Below are positions 19,199 through 32,188 of a DNA stretch of 64,000 bases, one piece after another. Where the stretch lies: the NCBI GenBank assembly GCA_965112735.1, contig OZ218950.1, positions 6,324,001-6,388,000 on the forward strand, read 5' to 3'. The stretch's first letter is position 1. Each line of letters opens with the position of its first letter. The DNA comes from Phaeosaccion multiseriatum (Eukaryota; Protista; Ochrophyta, other classes). The translations under genes and the position numbers were made by a program. The notes beneath the pieces were generated by a model. That model made no database searches. It was not told the DNA's origin and was given only the letters and a program-made list of their open reading frames with translations.

Positions 19199-20724
19199 TC
19201 ACTCCACCAGCCTCGGTAGCACGTAGGAAGTGGAGGCATCCACCTTGAGCGTTACATCCAGCCCGGCCTTGTCGGCCCGTGTGGGCCCCACATTCACAAT
19301 GACCACCTGCACAGAGAGAGACAGAGAGAGAGGGAGGAGGGGAGGGAGTGTGAGTGCCAGTGCTGTGGCCTTGACCCACACACCTACAAAGAGTGTGAGT
19401 GGGGGGGACGCAAGCCTTGGCCCGCAGGATAAGCCTACAGAGACTATTGTGAGTGCCAGTGCAGTGCTGTAGACAAAGCCTTGACGCAGGCCATACACCG
19501 ACACCTGTACCCTGTACACCTTCTCACCTTCTTTCCCTGCTTGACAGCCCTGTCCACAAAGCGGAAACCCGAGTACACCATGAGTGAGGTGCCTGCCACA
19601 AGCAGGAGGTCCGCCTCATCCACCAGGGAGAACGCCGCATCCACCTACATACGTACAAAACACGTGCACAAGTGGGTGATTGAGGGTTGTTACAAGTCAC
19701 TATGGAAGAGCACACTCACACACCCACACTCACACACCCACACACACATGCACCCCCCCAACACACACACGCACACGTATACACACACACAAACACACAC
19801 ACATACACATACACACACACACACACAAACACACGCACACGCACACACACCGTGGGCTTAGGTACGCTGTCTCCGAAGAAGACAACGTCAGGCTTGATGA
19901 AGTGCCCACAGCGCTCGCAGCCGCAGATCTCAAAGGAGCTGTAATCTTCGGCTCCGAGGTCCACGTCTCCATCTTGACAAAGGGAGGCGCAGGAAGAAAA
20001 CGGTTACAGACAAAAGAAGGAAGGAAGGAAGACAAGAAACAGTGAGGATATTGGATCCGTGCACGTGGTGTGGTGTCCCAGTTCCCGCATAATAACATAC
20101 CTACACAACAAAAAATATGTATGTACATACGTACTACAGACGGACTTTGGGGGCGAATGGGACGAACCTTAACGACAGTTAACGAAAGAACGAAACACAA
20201 GCCAAGAACACGTTGAGACTCCCCATAAAGCAACACGCCCACCATTTCTCGGCAGTAGCGAAGGGAAGGAGAGAAAGACGCAAGTACACACATACACACA
20301 CACAGAGAGAGAGAGAGAAAGGAGAGAGGAGAGATAGGAGGGAGAGAGGAGAGGGAGAGGAGAGAGAGAGGAGAAAGAGAGAGGGAGGAGAGGAGAGTGA
20401 GAGGAGAGGAGAGGAGAGGAGAGAGGAGAGAGAGAAAGAGAGACAGGAGCGGCAGAGAGAGAAAAGGAGGGCCACAATGGAATAGGTAGGTAGCTCTTGG
20501 CTCTCGCCTCGCGTCGCATCTCGCCTCGCGTCGCATCTTGGCATCGACATTGCTTGGTTAAGGTCCATTGAAATGAAACTGCAACTCCAACTCACCTGCT
20601 CGCATGCTGCCATCTCCCACCTTTCGCTCCACCTCTTTCAGCCACTCCTTGTTCATGAGGAGAAGCTTCTCCTGATCCGGCAGGACAGGACAGTGGTGAG
20701 CAGAGCGAGCGCGAGTGAGCGAGC

Positions 20725-20816
<92 letters not shown>

Positions 20817-22265
20817 AGACAGCACAGATCGGTCCAGAGAATTGGGCAAGCACCACTCTTCGACATCCAGTCGCACTTTGGCTTGGCTTGCCCCTCCCTC
20901 ACGCACCCACCCACGCACCCACACTCCCACCCACACACCCACACACACCCACACACACCCACACACCCACACACTCACACACTCACACACCCACACCCAC
21001 ACCTGCAGTCTACGCCTCTTGATCTTCAGGCCACAGCCCATGCACACCGCTCGGTCATTACGCCCGTGCAAGTCGACAATGGTCGTGCTGCCTGATGAGA
21101 TTGTGGCAGGCATAGGGTTGGACACCGACGGTAACACACACGAACACACACACACATACACACACACACACACAGAGGAAGTCACCAGGTCAGCAACACC
21201 ACCCCCTCTTGCTCCTTGTCTTCTTGGTCCTAGGAGATTCAAGAGTGGGTAGAGCCCCCTCCCTCCTCACGGGCTACATGGACGGGTTGGTGCTTCAAAG
21301 AGACGGGGCGTGGCGATGTGAAGAAAACTTTGACGGAAGAAGTATCTTTCCTACGGCGAAAATTATTATACCTGCTTTGCGATGCAGCGAATCAACGTTC
21401 TGCGTGATGACACCGGCCATCTTGCCAGCATACGCCGTCTGTGACCAGGACCGTGATGTAGAGGGGTTGGGCATATGAGAAGGAGGTTGGGGTCAGGGGA
21501 TTAGGGGCCAGGTTTTGGTGCCATATGAGGTGAAAGACAACCATTATCCTTACCAGTGTCGACAAACACAATTTATTCACTCACCTCCATCTTTGCCAGA
21601 GCCAAGTGTCCCTCGTTGGGCTTGGCGACGCCGAATGTAGACCATCCCAAGGTCGAGCGGGCCCAGTAACGTCGCTGGTTGAGGTCTGATCTCATAAATT
21701 CGTCGTGCACCATTGGCTTGTGCCCTCGTGAATAGGACCCGTTCTTGCCTCTATAGTCCGGGACGCCGGAGGGGGTAGATATGCCTAATAGAACGGGGGG
21801 TTGGGGGGGGAGGGAGAGAGAGGGAGAGCGGTTCCCATAAAGGGGGAGAGACGGAGTGAGGGAGAGAGAGAGCAAGAGAGACGGAGACAGGCAGAGAGAG
21901 AGGGAGAGATGAAGAGAGAGAGAGAGAGCAAGAGAGAGAAAGCGAGAGAGAGAAAGCGAGAGAGAGTAAGCGAGAGGGAGATGGTTACAGAGACGCATCG
22001 TACCTGCCCCTGTCAAGCAGACGATGCTTCCCGACTCAGCGAGGAGTCCCTTCACCTGCTCCACTGCCTCATCAACGAGGTCCTTGTCCTCGGTGTGCCC
22101 AAAGGCCGGTGGGGCATAGGGGTTAGGGCTTGAGGGCACAGCAGACAGATGCCTCTTCCGAGAACGAAGAGGGGCTGCTGCTCTGGTGACGAAGAAAAGG
22201 CTGCTACTCTTCCAATGAGGCACAGCCGCAGCTGCAGCAGCGGCACCAACAAGAAGAGGCCTCAT
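19199..22265 (-). CDS. SIRT4: Class II sirtuin (SIRT4-like NAD-dependent deacylase)
   Basis: Spliced motifs LTGAG|ISTPSGVPDYRG, RRYWARS, ITQNVDSLHRKA|G, DLHG, CxxC..CxxC, A|DGD, KPDVVFFGDSVP, GTSLMVYSGFRF, VNVGPTRAD. Transit-peptide-like N-terminus. Confidence 0.9.
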
Positions 22266-22456
22266 TGAAGAGGAGGGAGGAGCAAGACGGATTGTGGGAA
22301 GTGTCTTTGGCAAGCAAGGAGAGAGTGGGGCAAGCCAAAGAAAAAAGTGGGGGGAAATCCAGTTTCAGTTTCAGTTGAAGAAACATGACTCATGAATCGG
22401 CCCCCTCCCCCTCTTTTTAGGTAATATGTACCGCTCTCATGCGGCGGCGGCGGCGG

Positions 22457-22558
22457 CGGCCTAGGCCTATTTTGGAAAATTGCCCGGCCTAGCGAGGGCC
22501 GTAGGCCCTCGGCCTATTTATATCCCGCCGCCTAGGGCAGACGCCAGCCAACTAGGCG
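22457..22558. mobile_element. One arm of a family C MITE (inverted partial copy of 28671-28773)
   Basis: gcggcctaggcctattttggaaaattgcccggcctagcgagggccgta...gggcagacgccagccaactagg matches the reverse complement of 28671-28773. Confidence 0.65.
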
Positions 22559-23413
22559 TCGGCCCCAGACTGGCCTAGAAACCCGCCGGCCTAGAGGGGG
22601 CCGCAGGCCCCCGGCCTAGGCCTATTTTTCGCGCAGCCCCCCCGGCCTAGGCCTGTTAAACCCCCCCCGGCCTAGGCCTATTTTTCGCGCAGCCCTCCCT
22701 CCCTCCCTCCCTCCCTCCCTCCCTCCCTCCCTCCCTCCCTCCCTCCCTCCCTCCCTCCCTCCCTCCCTCCCTCCCTCCCTCCCTCCCTCCCTCCCTCCCT
22801 CCCTCCCTCCCTGCCTGCCTGCCTCCCACCCTCCCTTCCTCCCTCCCTCCCTCCCTCCCTCCCTCCCTCCCTCCCTCCCTCCCTCCCTCCCTCCCTCCCT
22901 CCCTCCCTGCCTGCCTGCCTCCCTCCCTTCCTCCCTCCCTCCCTCCCTCCCTCCCTCCCTCCCTCCCTGCCTGCCTGCCTCCCACCCTCCCTCCCTCCCT
23001 CCCTCCCTCCCTCCCTCCCTCCCTCCCTCCCTCCCTCCCTCCCTCCCTCCCTCCCTCCCTCCCTCCCTCCGTCCCTGCCTCCCTGCCTGCTCCCTCCCTC
23101 CCTCCCTTCGACCCTGGACAAGGTTACGGTGTGCGCCGGCCGTAATCAGTAATCAGCCCCCGGCTGGCGCATAATCAGTAATCAGGCCGGCTGGTCACCG
23201 GCTGCAATCAGCAACCAGGCCGGCTGGCGCCATAAACAGTAATCAGGCCCGCTGCGCCGGCCGTAATCAGTAATCAGATAGGTCGAGGCCTAGCTAGGCC
23301 TAGAACCGCCGGCCTAGGGAGAAAAAATGGCCGGCCTAGAGTGGCCAACGGCCGCAGGCCTAGGCCTAGAGCGCCGTAGGCCGACATAGGCTTCTAGGCC
23401 AGTCTGGGGCCGA
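22559..23413. mobile_element. MITE (family B) containing a (CCCT)n array and a nested family D element
   Basis: TIRs TCGGCCCCAGACTGGCCTAGAA and TTCTAGGCCAGTCTGGGGCCGA. Dense CCTAGG/AGGCCT repeats. Nested tcgaccctggacaag...ggtcga (about 23109-23286) with TAATCAG repeats. No TSD found. Confidence 0.8.
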
Positions 23414-23773
23414 CTCCAAACCACTGCTTTTTTTTTCTAGTTCTTCATCTTCAGCTAGCTAAAGTGCCAATGGATGGAAGTGTGAAAGAAACAAAGGCTT
23501 TGCACTGCGGAGGGAAAAGCGAGCTACCTCCTTCCACCTTTTAATCCTACACAAGGGAGCCTTTTCACCTCTACCTTGTAGCTACCACAACGGTTTGAGT
23601 CGAGAAACGTGCCCCCCTCTCTGCCCCCCCCTTTACTTGAACGGAAGCACCCGCCACACTCTCACCAGCCAGTCCGGGCAGAGGAGGGCCCACACCGACC
23701 AACTATCTTCTACTACGAAGTACATCATACCGATAAACGCCCACCACCTGCCCACTCCGCAACGCTTTTCCAC

Positions 23774-26168
23774 TCAAGAGTGGCGCGCGGGGAAAACAGT
23801 GCCCCAAGGCCCGTCCACAACGTAATCCTCGTCGTGCACAGAGTTCAGTATGGCATTGCGCCCCTTGAGGGCCTGGCCAGTGGCGGGGTCGAGCTTGAGG
23901 GTCTGAGTCTCGCCGAGCACGCCGCTCCACGCCTCCACGCCTTCGTCATTGGGGAAGAGCATCATGGTGGCGTCCACCACGTGGGCGTGGCAGCGCTCGA
24001 CCTCCTGGCGGTAGTCGATCTGGAAAGCGTAGGTAGATGTGGTGATGTACACGGAGGCCCAGCTGCCGGGGGAGTCGAAGAGGTCACGGTCAGTACGCTT
24101 CTCGGCGATCCAGACCGAGCACGCTTCGATGTCCTCCATCGCGAAGAGACGAGCCTGTAGCACATCCAGCGCACGAAGGTCGGCGCTGGCTGCCCAGTCT
24201 TCGTCGTCGAGCCGACGTCGCGATGAGGCAAGGAGCTCCTCCTCCTCCTCCTTCTTCAGGCGCTGCATCATATGCATATCCCTCCTGATCTGGCAGGATC
24301 CAACATTGTTGAAAGCCCTCACCGAGGCGCCTTCCTCGAGGTTGTACTCGCCAGGGCTGGTGATTGTCTGGCCATTCAGGACCATCTCGAGGGAGCCCTC
24401 GCCGAGACACGTGTCGCCCTCGCCGGCCGGGCATCCGGGGTTGTATTTCGTAACATCCTTCACGCCAACTTCGATCTCGTACTCCGCCAAACCGTCCTCC
24501 GAGAACAGGGTAAACGCATGTCTCGTGACGTACGTCTGGGCGGGGAGAGGCCGCGTGCAGAGCAGATGCAGCAAGGAGGGGCGAGACGGTGCTCAACGTC
24601 AGCAAAAGACCTCATCGCGTGTAGCGAGGCGAACCCGAACCTTTTCGCGCTACAATAAGAAGATGCAAGAGCAAGTTAGACCCTCGCAGTCACTCACCGG
24701 CATGAGGCCATCCTCGCACTCCTCGAAGAGATGGAGGAGCCAATTCCACTGCAGGTGCCGCTCGGCAATGGCGGCGAACCACACGGCGTGAAGGCCCTTG
24801 AAGAGAAAGCTTTGACCCTTGAGGCCCGTCACGACGGGGTCACTCTGGACGGCCACGAAACCGTTACAAGACTGAGTCGCCGGATCCAACGCATTTGCGC
24901 TGAAGGAGCAGAGAGAGAGAGAGAGAGAGAGAGAGCGATGTGGATAGGCCGCGGGCGCGGGGGGCAGCAGAGATTGCATTTGGTAATGAGCTTCCAAGCT
25001 CAGCCCCGAATGCGCGCGTGCGTGGATGGAGAGGTGTTACTCGAAAGTCAGCCAGGGAGCGGGAGGAACGAAAAGGCTCAACATGTGTGGGCGCGCGCGG
25101 CGGTGATGCGGAGGATGCACATACCATGAGGGGCCGTCGCAACAGGTGCCGGTCGCAAAAGTCGCACCCTGTTGTGCGCGCGAGAGATGCGAAAGGTAGG
25201 ACGGGTCACGCAACAGCAGCAGCGGGAACGGCACACCGGGGAAGGCAGGGGGGGGACGGGGTCATGGGAGGCAAGGGGTCCACAGGAAGCGTCTCAGCGC
25301 TCCACTACACGCCACCACGTACCTGACAGCCAAATATGCAAAGGGCTTGGGCTCCTGATTCAAATGTCGCATCCTGCACAAGAGGTGGGATGCAGCCAAG
25401 CAGAGGAAGGAGAGTGATGGTGGGGTGGTCGTTGTCATGCCGATCGCGCGTTGCTTAGTATACTAGCGTTTCGCTACTAAAGCGCCATGTACACCGCACG
25501 TATTAATAAGTGGACTCACCTGGCAAGTCCCTGCCTCTAAGCAAATGTAGCAAGACTTTTCTCGAACAAACCGTCGGTTGCAGCCAGCCACCAACCAGTA
25601 GCAAGGGCGAGCAGGCAGGGGCGCGGAGACGGGGCGAGCAAGAGCCATGGGGGAGGACGGCGGGTAGGAGGAAGCAGACGTGTGAGGAGCGAGATAGTGC
25701 CTAATCAAAACAAGGGAGCTGTCTGCGGAAGGAGTTCATCGACCAGTACAAGGCAGCTCGCTGCAACACCACCACACTCTCGACTGGTCGTGGCACTAGC
25801 CACCCTCCTAGTAAGCCATCACTTACACCACCAGGTAGCGGAGCCTGAGAGAGTAGAATGATAAGGAGCGAGAGAGGAGAAGGAAAGAAGGAAGCAACCA
25901 GCAGCAGCAGAAAGTGTCAGCGCAGCACCAGCCCTCCAGCACCAGCAGCCGGAGAAGGTACTAACACAGGAACGAAGCAAAGACCGAGCAAGGCGGCAGA
26001 GGCAGGTGCGGTAGCCAGGAGGCGCGCGTCAATGCTACTTACCACCGTGCAGGAGTCGACCCCGCAAGAAACCTGTGGGACATTGTTACTTGTGCAGGTA
26101 GGGGGAGCACAGAGCCCCTGAGAGACCAGGGACGCCAGTGCGATCAAAAATAATAACATCTTCACCAT
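23774..26168 (-). CDS. Secreted Cys-rich protein with a GDPH/vWD-like (root-cap-like) domain
   Basis: Signal peptide MVKMLLFLIALASLVSQGLC (26043-26168). Small Cys-containing exons including 25827-25844 and 25323-25373. Exon with SDPVVTGLKGQSFLFKG (about 24698-24899). Last exon about 23774-24535. Middle exons not fully resolved. Confidence 0.55.
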
Positions 26169-26291
26169 CTCTCCCTTTTTTTGCATGAAAGTGGACTGAA
26201 GTGAGAAAGAGGAGACCAACACCAGCAGCCAAGGCATTATTTTTGTAGCTACCCCTTGCCAACAGTTTTTTTGGGGTCACACAGATACTCG

Positions 26292-26410
26292 TCGGCTCCA
26301 GGCGAGGCTTCTCGGGCTCCGGGCTCCTGGGCCATAGCCCCCTCCAGGCTTCGGGCTTCTGGCCGCAGGCCAGCGGTCTGGGCTTCGGGCTTCTCAGGCT
26401 GGGAGAAAAA
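26292..26410 (+). mobile_element. Left arm of a family A MITE (truncated)
   Basis: TCGGCTCCAGGCGA...ccccctccaggcttcgggcttctggccgcaggccagcg...ttctcaggctgggagaaaaa closely matches 6476-6598. Confidence 0.75.
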
Positions 26411-26689
26411 ATAAAATAAAATTAGGGGGAGCCACGTGCGCACACACAGGCACACCTTGATGCAGCTTAAGCTAGGAGATGACCTGACCCCGCCTTGATG
26501 TAGCTTTAGGCAGATGACCAGACCAACTTGAGTAAAGAAAGAAGCTGTCTGAAGTATATATATTTAATTTTTAACACTCGATTTGCGTAAGAATCGCCCC
26601 AATCGCCGGATTTCCGGCCCAAAACGGTTTTTGCGCATTTGCAGGAAAATGACGCTCTGAATATGGTCTTTCGGCTTTCATCGCCTCTT

Positions 26690-26955
26690 CCCTTCCGTAG
26701 TTGTCAGCATTTCCGCAGCAGCACCCCCTTCCCGGGGGGGGGAGAAGGGGGAAGTGCACGCCACGGAAATCGCTCATGGGCAGCTTGCCCGCCCTTCTGC
26801 AAGAGAACAGGCGCAGCGCTACGGCGGCTAGCTACAGTGGAGCAGCAGCAGGACCCTTGGCAAGCCTGGTGCGATTTCCGTGGCGTGCACATCCCCCGTC
26901 CCCCCCCCGCCGGGAAGGGGGTGCTGCTGCGGAAATGCTGACAACTACGGAAGAG
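26690..26955. repeat. Long inverted repeat (about 80-bp arms, about 100-bp loop), MITE-like
   Basis: cttccgtagttgtcagcatttccgcagcagcacccccttcccgg...gtgcacgccacggaaatcgc (26692-26772) pairs with 26871-26953. Confidence 0.8.
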
Positions 26956-27244
26956 TAAAGAGCGGCACTTCGGACCATCGCACTTGAGAATGAAGTGCCT
27001 CCTCTTGTTCCTCTGACATTTTGAGCAGGCAGCGTGGTGGCTGTGCTGGCTGACCGTGGGAGCTGCCTGGCGCACACGAGCTGCTTGTGGGGCTCAGGAG
27101 ATGCGTGAGACTATCACACCCGAGCTACAGATACACCAGGGGGGTAGAACAAATGCTTTGATAGTGAGGCGCGTAAGCAGCCAGTGTATCGAGAGGGGAA
27201 GGTAGTGCTATGGCAGCAGCGAGCTGCTCTCAGAGAGATGAAAT

Positions 27245-28315
27245 TCGGCTCCAGACTGGCCTAATTAGAAGCCTATGCTCTAGGCCGGTCATTTTTTCTC
27301 CCTAGGCCGGCGGTTCTAGGCCTAGGCCCTATCTTACTGATTATGGCGCCAGCCCGAGGAAATGGCCGGCGCCAGCCGGCCTGGCTGGCTGGTTGTTGAT
27401 TACAGCCGGTGACCAGCCGGCCTGATTACTGATTATGCGCCAGCCGGGGGCTGATTACTGATTACGGCCGGCGCACACCGTAACCTTGTCCAGGGTCGAA
27501 GGGAGGGAGGGAGGGAGGGAGGGAGGGAGGGAGCAGGCAGGGAGGGAGGGAGGGAGGGAGGGAGGGAGGGAGGGAGGGAGGAAGGGAGGGAGGGAGGGAG
27601 GGAGGGAGGAAGGGAGGGAGGGAGGGAGGGAGGGAGGGAGGGAGGGAGGGAGGGAGGGAGGGAGGGAGGGAGGGAGGGAGGGAGGGAGGGAGGGAGGGAG
27701 GGAGGGAGGGAGGGAGGGAGGGAGGGAGGGAGGGAGGGAGGGAGGGAGGGAGGGAGGGAGGGAGGGAGGGAGGGAGGGAGGGAGGGAGGGAGGGAGGTGT
27801 AGAGGGAGGGTGGGAGGGAGGGAGGGAGGAAGGGAGGGACAGAGGGGCAGAGGGATAGAAGGAGGTAGGTAGGTAGGTAGGGAGGGAGGGAGGGAGGGAG
27901 GGAGGGAGGGAGGGAGGGAGGGAGGGAGGGAGGGAGGGAGGGAGGGAGGGAGGGAGGGAGGTGTAGAGGGAGGGTGGGAGGGAGGGAGGGAGGAAGGGAG
28001 GGACAGAGGGGCAGAGGGAGAGAAGGAGGTAGGGAGGGAGGGAGGGAGGGAGGGAGGGAGGGAGGGAGGGAGGGAGGGAGGGAGGGAGGGAGGGAGGGAG
28101 TCGACCCTGGACACAAGATCATCTGATTCTGATTACGGCCGGCACACCGTAATCTTGTCCAGGGTCGATAGGCCTAGGCCGGGGGGGCTGCGCCCAAAAT
28201 AGGCCTAGGCCGGGGACCTGCGGCCCCCTCTAGGCCTAGGCCGGGGGCCTGCGGCCCCCCTAGGCCGGCCAGATTTCGTCTCTAGGCCTAGGCTTCTAGG
28301 CCAGCCTGGAGCCGA
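27245..28315. mobile_element. MITE (family B), inverted relative to 22559-23413, with (GGGA)n and two nested family D pieces
   Basis: TIRs TCGGCTCCAGACTGGCCT and AGGCCAGCCTGGAGCCGA. Internal sequence is collinear with the reverse complement of 22559-23413. Mini-element 28101-28168 has TIRs TCGACCCTGGACA/TGTCCAGGGTCGA. Confidence 0.8.
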
Positions 28316-28346
28316 TATCAGGGGTTGATAATCTTGTGATCTCTAT

Positions 28347-28792
28347 TCAGCCCCATGCACACATACTTTAGGCCGCTAGGCCGCTCGGGGGGGGGGGGGC
28401 CTTCGGCCGATCTAGGCCTAGGCCGGCGGCCTCCGGCCGCTCTAGGCCGCTCACTTTTCAGTCCTAGGCGGCCTCTAGCCCGCCTCCAGGCTCGACCAGG
28501 CAGCCTCCCAGTGACTGTGGGCGCGTGCGTGGTGCCGCTCAGCCAGTGGGTACAGCACACCTGTAGGTCTGCCCTCCTCGTAGGGCCAGCGAGGCGGAAA
28601 GAGACAACACGAACCAATCTACTCTTCACTTCCAATCCCATGCAATGAAACTGACTACTCTTTGCACTCTGGCCTAGTTGGCTGGCGTCTGCCCTAGCTA
28701 GGCCGCCTAGGCGGCGGCATATAAATACGGCCCTCGCTAGGCCGGGCAGTTTTCCCAAATAGGCCTAGGCCGCTAGGCGTGCATGGGGCTGA
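28347..28792. mobile_element. MITE (family C) with perfect 14-bp TIRs
   Basis: TCAGCCCCATGCAC at 28347 and GTGCATGGGGCTGA ending 28792. Subterminal TAGGCCGC repeats. Confidence 0.75.
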
Positions 28793-29109
28793 TCGTATAC
28801 CATGTATCGATGATGGATCGTTAGCAAGGGAAAGTGTGAAAGTGTAAAGAAAAAGGGAAAAGAAAAAAGTTTTGTTTCCATTTTTTTCACAATAATTCCC
28901 CTTAATAACATAATGACTCATTTCACCTGATCTACCGTTCCCTATGCTTCACCACCTTGATGCCTGACGATTGAGACAAGTCCAAAGAGAAAGAGTTTCC
29001 TGCACTACCCGCCCGTGTCCACAGAGTCGCACCTCACTCACATCAGTACCGCCCAAGGCAGGAAAAACACGACAACAAACCTTCGCGAGCCGTCCCTTGC
29101 CGACTCTCG

Positions 29110-29168
<59 letters not shown>

Positions 29169-29561
29169 TCTCTCTCTATCTCGCTCTCTGTGCCTCTATT
29201 TAGGCCTCGTCCTCGAAGGTCGCATTGAATAGAGCAAACACACCAAAGTCCTAATGTCAAAGCGTCAAAGCCCCCCCCCCCCCTTTGCCCGACCCCCCGT
29301 CGCACGCCCTTCCTTCACAAATGCACACCTTTGGCGTCCGCGCACCTTCCGTTGCTCGCTAACTCACTCTCTCTCTCGCTCTCTCTCTCGCTCACTCACA
29401 CCATCTCGCGCGTCCTCTCCTCTCCTCTCCGCCCCACCCCACTGTTAATATAATCGGCCATACGTTCCCGCCTCCCTATACCCTACATGATGTAACGGAT
29501 ATGAGCTGAGCCGAGTTGAACTCTCCCTCTCCTTCTTTAGACTGCGTCTCTACGTGCGTTC

Positions 29562-30124
29562 TTACGTCATCTCTGAGCCGATGCCGTCGTCATAGCCTGA
29601 GGTCATGTGGTAGCCTCTGTGCCCTTCCCTGCGGCGCTGCTGAAAGCGCTTCACGGCAAAGACGGCCAGTGCCAGGCACGCAAAGCCCACGGCCATTGCC
29701 GCGAGAATGCCCCCCGCCCCTCCACCATCCGGTGGGCCACGTCCTCGTGACGACTGCTGGCCTTGCGAGTTGTACTCGTCAAACTTGTCGTGGTACTCCT
29801 CCTGAGGTTGCTGCGGTCGGGATGGCAGCGTTGGTGACACAGAGGGAGGCGACCCTCCTCCTGCACCCTGATTGGCTTTGGCCCGCTGCCACTGCTCGTA
29901 ATAGTCGTGCATCCTCTCGGTCATTGTGGTGGGGCTGAGGGGCAGCGGCATGCTGCTGTCGGTGAGGGGCGGTTGGTCTTCGCCCGTCATCTCTGAGGTG
30001 GACACGAAGCTCCCGGGCAGCAGCATCTCGGGCGCTTCGAAGGCGGGGTTGAGAGCACACACCATTAGCGCCGTCATGGCCCACTCGCTGTACATGCTGC
30101 TCCGATGGACGATGGCAGCAAATG

Positions 30125-30162
<38 letters not shown>

Positions 30163-31700
30163 GAGGAGGATAGTAGAGGACAAGGAAGAGAGGGGTGGTA
30201 AGTAGGTCAGTCGGTCCGTCCATGTGTGTAGGGGGAAGGGAGGGGGAGGAGGGCGGACGAGGGACGAGCAAGGTCGTTTCTATGACTGCGGGTTGAAAGG
30301 AGGCAAAAGCACGACCTCCTCCATCCCATCCTGATGGAGGTGCTCCCAGGGCCAGGGAAGGGGGTTTATCAAGCACAGACACTAGCCTGCCCCCCTCCCC
30401 CCTCAGGCCGGGCGAGAGCCGTGTGGGCCTCACACCAGACAACCGGGGTGGACGGGCCTACCACCTGACACCTCTTGTAGCACCGGGTTCAAATGTCAAT
30501 TGTCAAGTGTGCGGTACGTGTGTACGTGTACTTACTTCCAGCGGCCGCAGTACGGAAGATCTTCAAGCAGACTTGGCAGGCAGTTGCATGTCACCAGCTC
30601 GTCCTGCGTCAGCGAAAAAGACACGCACATGCACGTACGCACACCCCACGCACAAGCGCACATGCACAAACACACACGCGCAGAAAGGAGGGAGAAAGGA
30701 GTAAGGAGTGAAGGACGTCATCAGTGAGGGGGGGGGGGAGACGGCGTGATGAAAGGTGTAGTGAACGGGGGAACACAAAGAAGCCTCGGAGGAGGACGGA
30801 GAAGGAACACGAGACAGCATCGGGATCGTTTGGGGGGGGGGGGTTGATGCCACGCCGACGAGAGACCAAACTCGGGGGGAAGGCAGCAGAGGGGAAGGAG
30901 GGGAAGGACAGCCACATACGCCTCAGGCACCCACCTGCAGCAGCTGCAGAATGGCGTCATCCAGCAGAAGGTCGTCCTTCGAAAGCGGCTTGAGCTCCTC
31001 CACGTCCGTTGCCCCAGCTCCGCCCTCGTCTTTAAGGCCCCTACCCCCCCCCTCCTCCTCCTCCCCGTCCCCTTTTTCCTTCTTCGGCTTCTTCTTCGTC
31101 TCCTTCTTCTTGTTCCCATCCTCCTCCTTCTCCGTCTCCTCCTCCTGCTCCTGCTCCTCCTCCTCCTCAACCTTCCCCTCATCCTCGTCATCACCCTCAT
31201 CCTCGTCATCACCCTCCTCGTCAGCCTCAGTATCCTCCTCCTGCTGTAGGCAGAGGACGAAGGCATCGGCTAGCGCATCCGGGTCGACGGCCTCCTGGTT
31301 CTCCGCGATGACTGTGTAATAATTGTCGGTCAAGTTATCCGGGTCGACGGGCTTCCCATTCTCCGTGACGAATACCTTACTCGTCGCCTCGTCCAGGGCA
31401 TCCTCGATGCAGGGCAAGGCTGGGACAAAGAGGCTGAGGTCGGTCATGATGAGGGAAAGCACTGTCTCGGCAGAGAGGTTCGCGCAGGTGGCGAACTTAT
31501 CCGAAGCATCGAGGCCGGCAGTGTGCTCCAGCACCCCGCAGGCGTCGTCGCCCCCCATCATGCTTCCTCCTCCTCCCGCGGACCCCGGGCTTCCTCCACG
31601 CCCTCCCTCCTCCTCCTTGGGGGGAGGGGGCCTTTCGTTTCCGCGATTCGCGGCGCTAGAGTGCGGGGGGGGCTGCTCACTCCCACGATTCCCGGGCCGC
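29562..31700 (-). CDS. Uncharacterised type I membrane protein (Cys-containing ectodomain, acidic insert, C-terminal TM helix); 5' exon unresolved
   Basis: In-phase exons about 30935-31700, about 30535-30602 (DELVTCNCLPSLLEDLPYCGRW) and 29562-30096. TM segment GGILAAMAVGFACLALAVFAV followed by KRFQQRRR. Confidence 0.6.
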
Positions 31701-32188
31701 TGGGAAGAGGGCAAGGTAAGGTCATGCAAGGTCAAGTTAGCTCGGGATGGAGGTTCTCTCTCTCTCTCTCGCTCTCTCTCGCTCTCTCTCTCTCCCTCTC
31801 ATCCCCCTCCATACCTGCTGACCCGGCATCACAATTGGGGGCGGCGGCCCATGCTCCCCCCGTTTCCCCCCTGCGCCCATCATGTCTCCCCTTTCCTCGC
31901 GCGCTCTCTGCTGATGTTTCGTCCGCCTTTCACTCACTGCGTCCTACGTACTCTCTTCGTGGAAAATTAGGGCACGTTCCATTAATGCACCCAGTTGTGG
32001 GTCTTGGCTCCCCATATCACCAACCAGGGAAGAACCAGCAGGTCGGGAAACACACATCACAGTCAGATCACAAAGGTAACTAGAAGCTTTCAGGCTCTCT
32101 CGAAGGATGGGCGTTCCCAGTGTCAAAGTTTAACTCCCTCCAACTCTTTTATGCTCCAAGCTCCGTGTTGTGATCTCTCTCTGGAAGG

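Noticed and set aside
26292-28315. A single 2-kb family A element from 26292 to 28315
   Set aside because: The ends match over 12 bp, but the flanks differ (TACTCG versus TATCAG) and the 28315 end pairs better with 27245.
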